Positions 40,606 through 48,502 of a stretch of DNA of 64,000 bases are shown in pieces. The stretch comes from Burkholderiales bacterium (lineage in GTDB: Bacteria; Pseudomonadota; Gammaproteobacteria; Burkholderiales; SHXO01), in contig JADZGB010000002.1 in the NCBI GenBank assembly GCA_020854105.1, forward strand, positions 1,695-65,694. The letters run 5' to 3'. Each line of letters opens with the position of its first letter. Within the stretch, counting starts at the first letter, position 1. Both the position numbers and the translations under genes were made by a program. The notes beneath the pieces were generated by a model. The model was not told the DNA's origin and made no database searches. It worked only from the letters and a program-made list of their open reading frames with translations.

Positions 40606-41475
40606 ATGACCCCGACCGATCGTCTCATCCGCCCGCGCCGCAGCCTGCTGTTCGTTCCCGCACTGCGTCCCGACCGCTTCCACAAGGCCCTCGACGCCGG
40701 TGCCGACATCGTCTGCGTCGACATGGAGGACGCGGTGGCGCTGCCCCGCAAGGACGAGGGCAGGGCGCTGACCCTGCCGCTGTTCGCCGCGCACGGCCAC
40801 CCGCAGGTGGAGAAGATGGCGCGCATCAACAGCATCTCCACCGTGCACGGGCTCAAGGACCTGCAGGCGATCATCGAGTGCGATGCACCGCCGCCGTCCA
40901 TCATGATTCCCAAGGTCAAGTCGGCCGACGAGATCCAGCTCATCGACACGCTGCTCTCGACCGGCCCGGCGCGCGCGATCCGCTTCTGCGTGATCATCGA
41001 GACCAACCAGGGGCTCGAGCGCGCGATCGAGATCGCGAAGTCCAGCCCGCGCATCGATTCGATGATCCTGGGTGCGGTGGACATGTCCGCGGAGCTGCGC
41101 TGCCAGAAGTCCTGGGAGCCGCTTCTGTACACGCGCGCACGCCTGGTGCACGCGGCCGCCAGCGCCGGGATCGACCTGCTCGACGTCCCCTACCTGAACC
41201 TCGACGATCCGGACGGCCTCGAGGCCGAGGCCGAAGGGGTGCAGCGCCTGGGATTCACCGGCAAGGCGTCCATCCACCCGAACCAGATCCCTATCATCAA
41301 CGCCGCCTTCACGCCCGACGCGAAGACCATCGAGAAGGCGCGCAAGGTGTGCGCCGCCTTCGAGCAGGACAAGACCGGGCTGGTGGTGGTGGACAACGAG
41401 CTGATCGAGTTGCCCGTGGTGCGTTCCTACTACCGCGTGCTGGCGATCGCGGAGCGGCTGCAGAAGCCGGCGTAG
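40606..41475 (+). CDS. HpcH/HpaI aldolase / citrate-lyase beta (CitE-like) acyl-CoA lyase family protein
   Basis: RRSLLFVPALRPDRFHKALDAGADIVCVDMEDAV...GKASIHPNQI. Confidence 0.85.
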   Translation: MTPTDRLIRPRRSLLFVPALRPDRFHKALDAGADIVCVDMEDAVALPRKDEGRALTLPLFAAHGHPQVEKMARINSISTVHGLKDLQAIIECDAPPPSIMIPKVKSADEIQLIDTLLSTGPARAIRFCVIIETNQGLERAIEIAKSSPRIDSMILGAVDMSAELRCQKSWEPLLYTRARLVHAAASAGIDLLDVPYLNLDDPDGLEAEAEGVQRLGFTGKASIHPNQIPIINAAFTPDAKTIEKARKVCAAFEQDKTGLVVVDNELIELPVVRSYYRVLAIAERLQKPA

Positions 41476-41597
41476 GCGGCGCACCTGCTGCCCCGGCGCC
41501 GGACGTACCGGGCGTTGCCGCCGGACCGCACGTTGCTGCCGGGCCGGGCACGCTGCGCATCGACTGCATCGATCACTTCATCGGACGACTGCCGCGC

Positions 41598-42362
41598 ATG
41601 GAACTCGATTTCCTCGCCCTGGACCCGTCGCAGCGCTACAAGCTCCTCGCCAGCCTGGTGGTGCCGCGTCCGATCGCGCTGATCTCGACGCTGGGAAGGA
41701 ACGGCGTGCTCAATGCCGCCCCCTTCAGCTTCTTCAATGCGCTGGGCGAGGATCCGCCCATCGTCATCTTCGCCGCCGATGCGCGCGCCAGCGGCGGCGC
41801 CAAGGACACCATGCGCAACGTGCTCGAGACCAGGGAGTACGTGGTGAATCTGGTGGACGAGGCGATCGCGCCGCAGATGCACGGCTGCGCCGTGGACACC
41901 CCGCCCGAGACGAGCGAGTTCGATCTGGTGGGCTTCACGCCGGTGCCGTCGAAGGCGGTCAGGCCGCCGCGTATCGCGCAGGCGCCGGTCTGCTTCGAGT
42001 GCCGCCTGCACACGCACCTCGATTTCAACACGCGCCACCTGTGCATCGGCGAAGTCGTGTGGCTGCATGCGCGCGGCGGCGTGCTCGATCCGCACACGCT
42101 GCGGCGTCTTCCGGACGCCTTCCATCCGGTCGGGCGGCTGTACGCGACGCGCTATTGCAGCACGCGCGAGGAATTCGAACTGGACAACGGCGCGTACGCG
42201 GAGAAGGCGAACGCGCAGAGCGCCATCAGGAAATTCCGACTGCCGCCCCCGGCCGCTCTGCGTTGCGGCGAGCGGCGCCCTGCTGCACGCGCATGCGCTG
42301 TTCCGGATACGGAAACAGCGTGGACAGCGCCACCGACTCATAGGCGCTGCGCACCACCCTGA
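41598..42362 (+). CDS. Flavin reductase-like (FMN-binding split-barrel) protein with an unusual C-terminal extension
   Basis: PRPIALISTL..NAAPFSFFN motif. There is no stop before 42362, so the tail overlaps the convergent gene. Confidence 0.75.
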   Translation: MELDFLALDPSQRYKLLASLVVPRPIALISTLGRNGVLNAAPFSFFNALGEDPPIVIFAADARASGGAKDTMRNVLETREYVVNLVDEAIAPQMHGCAVDTPPETSEFDLVGFTPVPSKAVRPPRIAQAPVCFECRLHTHLDFNTRHLCIGEVVWLHARGGVLDPHTLRRLPDAFHPVGRLYATRYCSTREEFELDNGAYAEKANAQSAIRKFRLPPPAALRCGERRPAARACAVPDTETAWTAPPTHRRCAPP

Positions 42363-43758
42363 CGTGATCGCGGCGCAACTCGCGCGCGTGCCGCAAGCCG
42401 CAGGAGTGCGCGATCATGTCGATCTCGGCGTTCATGTTGCGGCAGTAGCTCGCCACGCGCTGGAACTTCTCCTCCACCACCAGCCCGCGCTGCAGCCGCT
42501 TGTTATGCGTGGTTACGCCGGTGGGGCAGGTGTTGGTGTGGCAGCGCAGTGCCTGGATGCAGCCGAGCGCGAACATGAAGCCGCGCGCGGTGTTGACGAA
42601 ATCCGCGCCCGCACACAGGGCCCACGCCGCCTTGGCGGAGGTCACCAGCTTTCCGCTCGCCACGACCGAGATGCGCTCGCGCAGACCCGTCTCGATCAGC
42701 GCGTCCACCACGCGCGGCAGGGCCTCGGCGATGGGCAGCGCCATGTGATCCATCAGTGCCTGCGGAGCGGCGCCCGTGCCGCCCTCGCCGCCGTCGATGA
42801 CGAGGAAATCCGGCGCGAGCTCCAGGCCCCGGCGCTGGATCGCATCGCCGAGCTGGTGCATGAAGTCCCAGCCGCCGATCGCGGTCTTCACGCCCACCGG
42901 CTTGCCGGTCACGTCGCGGACGTGCGCGATCATGTCGAGCAGCGCGTCCGCGTTGCCGATGTCGAGGTGCCGGTTGGGGCTGATCGAGGCCGTGTGCGGC
43001 GCGATGCCGCGGATGCGCGCGATCTCCTCGCTGACCTTGGCCGCCGGCAGGACCCCGCCCTTGCCGGGCTTGGCGCCCTGCGACAGCTTCAGCTCGAAGG
43101 CGCGCACGCGCGGGGCGATCTCGCGCAGGCGTGCGTCGCTCAGATTGCCCTGCGTATCGCGCACGCCGTACTTGGCGGTGCCGATCTGCATGATCACGTC
43201 GGCACCGCCTTCGGTGTGATAGTCCGACAGGCCGCCTTCGCCGGTGTCGATCCAGCAGCCGGCCGCCGCGGCACCGCGCGACAGGGCGCGCACCGCCGGC
43301 GCCGACAGCGCCCCGTAGCTCATTCCGCTGACGTTCACTATCGAGTGCGCGACGAAGGGTTCCCTGCACCAGCCGTCTCCGATGATCCGCGGCGGCGTGG
43401 GCATGCGCTCCTCCTCCAGCACCGGGAAGGGAGCGTTCACGAAGATCAGATTGCCGGTCTCGCTCAGGTTGTTGGTGGAGCCGAAACCGATCGCGCCGCC
43501 TTCGTCCTTGGCCAGCCGGTAGACCCAGGATCGGATCGCCCGGTTGAACGGCATCTCCTCGCGGTCGTTGGCGAAGAAGTACTGCCGGAAGTATTCGCCC
43601 TGCCGCTCGAACAGATAGCGCAGGCGCCCGATCACGGGGAAGTTGCGTAGGATCGTATGCTTCTTCTGGGTCACGTCCTGCACGAACCAGAGCAGCACCA
43701 CGCCCACTGCCAGCAGCGCGAGCAGGGTGCCGGCCCCCTGCATCAACAAGTCCATCAT
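42226..43758 (-). CDS. FMN-binding glutamate-synthase-family (GltB domain 2-like) oxidoreductase
   Basis: 510 aa with N-terminal TM helix and a VIDGGEGGTGAAP FMN-site block. Confidence 0.88.
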   Translation of the reverse strand: MMDLLMQGAGTLLALLAVGVVLLWFVQDVTQKKHTILRNFPVIGRLRYLFERQGEYFRQYFFANDREEMPFNRAIRSWVYRLAKDEGGAIGFGSTNNLSETGNLIFVNAPFPVLEEERMPTPPRIIGDGWCREPFVAHSIVNVSGMSYGALSAPAVRALSRGAAAAGCWIDTGEGGLSDYHTEGGADVIMQIGTAKYGVRDTQGNLSDARLREIAPRVRAFELKLSQGAKPGKGGVLPAAKVSEEIARIRGIAPHTASISPNRHLDIGNADALLDMIAHVRDVTGKPVGVKTAIGGWDFMHQLGDAIQRRGLELAPDFLVIDGGEGGTGAAPQALMDHMALPIAEALPRVVDALIETGLRERISVVASGKLVTSAKAAWALCAGADFVNTARGFMFALGCIQALRCHTNTCPTGVTTHNKRLQRGLVVEEKFQRVASYCRNMNAEIDMIAHSCGLRHARELRRDHVRVVRSAYESVALSTLFPYPEQRMRVQQGAARRNAERPGAAVGIS

Positions 43759-43784
43759 TGCGCGAGTCCTCTCTGCAGTCTCCT

Positions 43785-43814
43785 CCGCCGTCCCGGCGAA
43801 AGCCGGGACCCAGG
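43785..43814. repeat. Single REP-like unit (type B), array 3
   Basis: ccgccgtcccggcgaaagccgggacccagg. Confidence 0.6.
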
Positions 43815-43860
43815 GGTTGACATCGACATGGGGCGACCGCCTCTGAAGGCCGCCACGAAT

Positions 43861-43890
43861 GAAAAGGGCCAGGCGCGACGCCTGGCCCCT
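43861..43890 (-). terminator. Rho-independent terminator of bioB
   Basis: On the minus strand: ggggccaggcg-tcgc-gcctggccct followed by tttcatt. Confidence 0.65.
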
Positions 43891-43914
43891 GCGGCCGCAG
43901 TGATGTCGGGCCGG

Positions 43915-44898
43915 CTACGTCTCCACCGCTTTCATGCCCAGTCTGGCCAGCAGCGCGCGGTCGCTGTCCATGTCGGGATTGCCGGTGGTGAGCAGTTTCT
44001 CGCCGCAGAAGATCGAGTTCGCCCCGGCCATGAAGCACAGCGCCTGCACGGCGTCCGACATCCCGGAGCGGCCCGCCGACAGGCGCACCCAGGACTTCGG
44101 CATGGTGACGCGCGCGACGGCGATGGTGCGCACGAACTCCAGCGGATCGAGTGCATCGGTCCCGTGCAGGGGCGTGCCCTCCACCTGCACCAGGTTGTTG
44201 ATCGGAACCGACTCGGGATGCGGATCCAGGCTCGCGAGCTGGGCGATCAGGCCAGCGCGCTGGCGGCGCGATTCGCCCATGCCGACGATGCCGCCGCAGC
44301 AGACGTTGATGCCTGCGCCGCGCACCTGCCGCAGCGTGTCCAGGCGGTCCTCGTACTCGCGCGTGCTGACGATCTCGCCGTAGAAGTCGGACGAGGTGTC
44401 GAGGTTGTGGTTGTAGTAGTCCAGGCCGGCGTCCCGGAGCCTGTCCGCCTGCCCGGGCCGCAGCATCCCCAGCGTCGCACAGGTCTCCATGCCCAGCGCC
44501 TTCACGGCCCGCACCATTTCCAGTACGGGCTCGAGATCGCGTTCCTTCGGGCCGCGCCAGGCCGCGCCCATGCAGAAGCGCGTGGCGCCGCCTTCCTTCG
44601 CCTTCGTCGCCGCGTCGACCACCTCCTGCAGACGCAGCAACGCCTGGTTCTGCACGCCGGTCTGGTAGCGCGCCGACTGCGGGCAGTACGCGCAGTCCTC
44701 GGGACATCCGCCGGTCTTGATCGACAGCAGCCGCGACAGCTGCACGCGGTCGGGGGCGAAATGCGCGCGATGCACGGTCTGGGCGCGGTAGAGCAATTCT
44801 GGAAAGGGCAGCTCGAAGAGCGCGAGGATCGCGTCCACGGACCAGGAGGCAGCGGGAACTGCGCGCGGGTGGTCGAGCGTCGAGGCAGACTGTTGCAT
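43915..44898 (-). CDS. bioB: Biotin synthase
   Basis: Radical-SAM [11 protein letters not shown], plus YNHNLDTS and GGIVGMGE. The ATG at 44898 (MQQSAS..) is preferred over the ORF start at 44988. Confidence 0.95.
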   Translation of the reverse strand: MQQSASTLDHPRAVPAASWSVDAILALFELPFPELLYRAQTVHRAHFAPDRVQLSRLLSIKTGGCPEDCAYCPQSARYQTGVQNQALLRLQEVVDAATKAKEGGATRFCMGAAWRGPKERDLEPVLEMVRAVKALGMETCATLGMLRPGQADRLRDAGLDYYNHNLDTSSDFYGEIVSTREYEDRLDTLRQVRGAGINVCCGGIVGMGESRRQRAGLIAQLASLDPHPESVPINNLVQVEGTPLHGTDALDPLEFVRTIAVARVTMPKSWVRLSAGRSGMSDAVQALCFMAGANSIFCGEKLLTTGNPDMDSDRALLARLGMKAVET

Positions 44899-45038
44899 GC
44901 GGGAATGGGGGAGCGAGAGCCGTTGAGCGCGCAAGTATGCCCGAACTGCACGCGACGAACGCCGCCGGTGCCGCGAGGGCGCGGGCATAATGGGCAGGAG
45001 CCGCCCACTGGCGGCGAACCCGACTTCGTATCACGCAC

Positions 45039-46025
45039 ATGTCCGACCCGGTGCACCTCGAACTGCTGGGGCAGGGGCGCGAGGCATGGAATGCCTGGCG
45101 CGCGGCACATCCCGGCATCGCTCCTTTCCTGCGCAGTGCGCGCCTGGAGGGGCGCGATCTGGCCGGCTACGATCTGCACGATGCCTATCTTCGGCGGGCG
45201 CATCTCGACGGTGCCCGCCTGGACGGCTGCAGGCTGCGCGAGGCCAACCTCAGCGGAGCGTCGCTGCAACGCGCATCGCTGGTCGAAGCCGAGATGGCGG
45301 GCGTGAATCTGCGCGCGGCGCGCCTGCGCGGCGCCAACTTGCGTGCAGCCGACCTCAAGAGTGCGATCCTGGTCGATACCGATCTGCGCGACGCCGATCT
45401 GAGCCGGGCACAGGTCTACGGCATCTCGGCCTGGGAGGTGCGGCTCGACGGCGCCCGGCAGAGCGAACTGGTGGTGACGCGCCCCGACCAGCCGCGCATC
45501 ACGGTCGACGATCTCGAGGTCGCACAGTTCATCTACGTCCTGCTCAATCATCGCAAGCTTCGCGACGTGTTCGACACCACCACCGAGCGCGGCGTACTGA
45601 TCCTGGGGCGATTTCAGGACGGCGGCCTGGACACGCTGCGCGCCGTGGCGAGCAGCCTGCGCGGCATGGGCTACGTCCCCATCCTGTTCGATTTCGATCG
45701 TCCGCGGCAGCGCACCTACACGGAGACCGTGCTGACATTGGCCGGGCTGTCGAGCTTCGCCGTCGCCGACCTCAGCGGACCTTCGGTCGGGAAGGAGCTG
45801 GAGGCGATCGTCAAGGCGGTCATGCTGCCGGTGGTGCCCATCATCGAGAGGAGCCGCTCGGCCGCCTCGATGACGAAGGATCTCGCCATGCACGACCACT
45901 TTCTCTATCCGCCGGTCGAGTTCGAGTCGACCGAGGATCTCGTTGCCCAGATCCCCGCCCGCGTGATCGCGCCCGCGCGCGCGTTTCTGGAGCGGCACGG
46001 ACAGAAGCTGCGCGCGCTCCTGTGA
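45039..46025 (+). CDS. Pentapeptide-repeat protein fused to an uncharacterised alpha/beta C-terminal domain
   Basis: Residues ~30-135 are A(D/N)LxX pentapeptide repeats (ANLSGASLQRASLVEAEMAGVNLRAARLRGANLRAADLKSA). The C-terminal 170 aa show a beta-alpha-beta pattern (VLILGRF.., VPILFDFD, FAVADLSGPS, LPVVPII). Confidence 0.8.
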   Translation: MSDPVHLELLGQGREAWNAWRAAHPGIAPFLRSARLEGRDLAGYDLHDAYLRRAHLDGARLDGCRLREANLSGASLQRASLVEAEMAGVNLRAARLRGANLRAADLKSAILVDTDLRDADLSRAQVYGISAWEVRLDGARQSELVVTRPDQPRITVDDLEVAQFIYVLLNHRKLRDVFDTTTERGVLILGRFQDGGLDTLRAVASSLRGMGYVPILFDFDRPRQRTYTETVLTLAGLSSFAVADLSGPSVGKELEAIVKAVMLPVVPIIERSRSAASMTKDLAMHDHFLYPPVEFESTEDLVAQIPARVIAPARAFLERHGQKLRALL

Positions 46026-46119
46026 GCGATGGCCGGCCTGTTCCCGCCCGCGTCCGGGAGACGCGATCGCCGCGCCCGAGTGCTTCGCGCGCGCACGGCT
46101 GCCGCTACAATGCGCTCCC

Positions 46120-46704
46120 GTGGCCGCCTCGAAGGATCACCCGAGTCCGCTGACGCTCTCGCGTCATCCCGGTTCCCCGTCCGGAGGCGTCGAGCATGCC
46201 GACGTGTCGGCGAGCGCGCTGCCGGGGGCACTGGCGCTGTGCTACCGCCTGCGCGGCGCGTTGCGGCGCATCGCCGTTCCCGAGCCGGCGAGGCCCGCGC
46301 GCCGGGACGGCCTGTGGCGCCACACCTGCTTCGAGTGCTTCGTGCGAATCCCGGGACAGCGCGCCTATGCCGAGTTCAATGTCTCGCCCTCGGGCGAGTG
46401 GGCCGCCTACCGGTTCGACGCCTGCCGCGCCGGGATGCGCCCGCTGGAGCTGGACGAAGCGCCGCGGATCGAGCTGGTGCGCAGCCACGCCGCGCTGGAG
46501 CTACGGACCCGGCTGCGTCTGCCCGCACCCTGGGACGGTGCGCCGCGTCTGCAACTCGCGCTGACTGCGGTGGTCGAGGAGGTGAGCGGGGCGCTGTCGT
46601 ACTGGGCGCTGGCACATCCGCCCGGCAAGCCGGATTTCCATCGCGACGACGGTTTCGCGCTGATGATCGAGACCGGGCAGGATTGCTCGCGCGGCACGCA
46701 ATGA
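46120..46704 (+). CDS. Hypothetical protein (DOMON/CBM9-like fold suspected)
   Basis: 194-aa ORF with GTG start, coding-like composition, upstream of the DUF1343 gene. Start codon uncertain. Confidence 0.45.
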   Translation: MAASKDHPSPLTLSRHPGSPSGGVEHADVSASALPGALALCYRLRGALRRIAVPEPARPARRDGLWRHTCFECFVRIPGQRAYAEFNVSPSGEWAAYRFDACRAGMRPLELDEAPRIELVRSHAALELRTRLRLPAPWDGAPRLQLALTAVVEEVSGALSYWALAHPPGKPDFHRDDGFALMIETGQDCSRGTQ

Positions 46705-46793
46705 CAGCTCCGCCCGGGTCAGATCCAGTGCCGCGAGACGTCCGCTACCTGCAGGCGTCCGACAACCGTGCAGTGACAACATCGGAGCCCTGA

Positions 46794-47999
46794 ATGCTAC
46801 TCGGAATCGAGCGTCTGCTGGCCGATCCTTCCCTGCGCAAGGCGCTCGCCGGACGCCGGGTGGCGCTGCTGGCGCACCCGGCCTCGGTGACCGCCGACCT
46901 GACGCACGCGCTCGACGCGCTGATGGACGTGGGCGGCCTGGACGTCAGCGCCGCATTCGGGCCGCAGCACGGCCTGCGCGGCGACAAGCAGGACAACATG
47001 GTGGAGTCGCCGGACTTCCGCGATCCGCGCTACGCAATCCCGGTGTTCAGCCTGTACGGGGAGGTGCGCCGGCCCACGCAGGCGATGATGGACAGCTTCG
47101 ACGTCCTGCTGGTGGACCTGCAGGATCTGGGCTGCCGCATCTACACCTTCATCACCACCTTGCGCTACGTACTGGAGGAGGCGGCGCGGTGCGGCAGGAG
47201 CGTGTGGGTGCTGGATCGGCCCAATCCGGCCGGCCGGCCGGTGGAAGGTCTGTGCCTGCGTCCCGGCTGGGAGAGCTTCGTGGGTGCCGGACCGTTGCCG
47301 ATGCGCCACGGCCTGACCATGGGCGAACTGGCTCGCTGGTTCGTCGCCACCCTGAAGCTGGACGTCGATTGCCGCGTGGTCGCGATGCAGGACTGGGATT
47401 TCTCCAGCGGCCCCGGCTACGGGTGGCCGCTGTACGAGCGCACCTGGATCAATCCGAGCCCCAATGCACCGAACCTGTGGATGGCGCGCTGCTACGCCGG
47501 CACCGTGATGCTGGAAGGCACGACGCTGTCGGAAGGCCGTGGAACGACGCGGCCGCTGGAATTGTTCGGCGCGCCGGATATCGACGCCGACGTGGTGATC
47601 GCCGGCATGCAGGCACTTGCGCCGCAATGGCTGCAGGGATGCCGGCTGCGCGCGTGCTGGTTCGAGCCCACCTTCCACAAGCACGCCGGTACGCTGTGCG
47701 CCGGCGTGCAGTTCCACGTCGAGGACGGCGCCTACGATCACCAGGCGTTCCGGCCCTGGCGTGCGCAGGCGCTCGCGTTCAAGGCGATCCGCCAGCTCTG
47801 GCCCGACTACCCGCTGTGGCGGAACTTTCCGTACGAGTACGAGCACGACCGTCTGGCGATCGATCTCATCAACGGCAGTGCGCTGTTGCGCGAATGGGTG
47901 GATGATACGCATGCGCAACCCGGCGACCTGGACGCGATCGCGCGTGCGGACGAGACGAGTTGGGAGGCGGAACGCGAGGCCGTGCTGCTGTACCGGTGA
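46794..47999 (+). CDS. DUF1343-family protein (NamZ-like exo-beta-N-acetylmuramidase)
   Basis: 401 aa; GIERLLADP...RVALLAHPASV N-terminus; typical DUF1343 length and sequence. Confidence 0.8.
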   Translation: MLLGIERLLADPSLRKALAGRRVALLAHPASVTADLTHALDALMDVGGLDVSAAFGPQHGLRGDKQDNMVESPDFRDPRYAIPVFSLYGEVRRPTQAMMDSFDVLLVDLQDLGCRIYTFITTLRYVLEEAARCGRSVWVLDRPNPAGRPVEGLCLRPGWESFVGAGPLPMRHGLTMGELARWFVATLKLDVDCRVVAMQDWDFSSGPGYGWPLYERTWINPSPNAPNLWMARCYAGTVMLEGTTLSEGRGTTRPLELFGAPDIDADVVIAGMQALAPQWLQGCRLRACWFEPTFHKHAGTLCAGVQFHVEDGAYDHQAFRPWRAQALAFKAIRQLWPDYPLWRNFPYEYEHDRLAIDLINGSALLREWVDDTHAQPGDLDAIARADETSWEAEREAVLLYR

Positions 48000-48502
48000 C
48001 CCAGTCCGGTGTACCGATGACCGGAGTCCGGTTCCTCGCGCGCGGTTTTTACCCGGATTCGCGGCACGCACTTTGTTACATGCGGTTGAATGCGTTTCCT
48101 GCCTTGACAAGTCGTAGCGGCCCGGTGAATCAGGGCCTCGGCGGGGGCGCCTGAATGTCCGTCCAGCTTTGTTGTGCACATTACTTAAAGTGTTTTATGA
48201 AGAGTGTGGCCGAAAGTGGGCAATTTCCCGAAGCCACCTCTTAAGTCGTTGATTCATATGTCAAGTAAACGGTTGCACAAATGTTACGCACCCCCAGCCG
48301 GAAGCCTTTGTTTTCGGGCTTTTGAGGTAGTGCCGGCAGCCTTATCCACAAAGCTGTCCACATTTTCTGGGGACAACTTTTCGGCACAGCCCGACGATCG
48401 ATTGTCGGTAATTTCCACCCTGCGACCCTGCGAAATTTCCGGGTCGGCCGCGTCCGGGTCGGGCGCGACACTTTCGCTCACGCCGCATAACGGTCCTTCA
48501 GC

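Noticed and set aside
42503-45118. 871-aa ORF on the minus strand, the longest in the track
   Set aside because: It runs out of frame through the glutamate-synthase-like gene, the intergenic REP/terminator region and bioB. The product is extremely Arg/Gly/Ala/Pro-rich, and the in-frame genes have clear motifs ([18 protein letters not shown]).
48249-48264. TTGA-N8-TCAA palindrome as an FNR/CRP-family site
   Set aside because: The FNR/CRP consensus is TTGAT-N4-ATCAA (N6 between TTGA and TCAA). The spacing here is wrong and the inner bases do not match.
48342-48362. Perfect DnaA box TTATCCACA plus a degenerate second box as a replication origin
   Set aside because: Only one consensus box, which is expected by chance about once per 100-250 kb on both strands. 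There is no cluster of boxes, no AT-rich unwinding 13-mers, and no dnaA/dnaN/gidA context. Kept only as a possible regulatory site.
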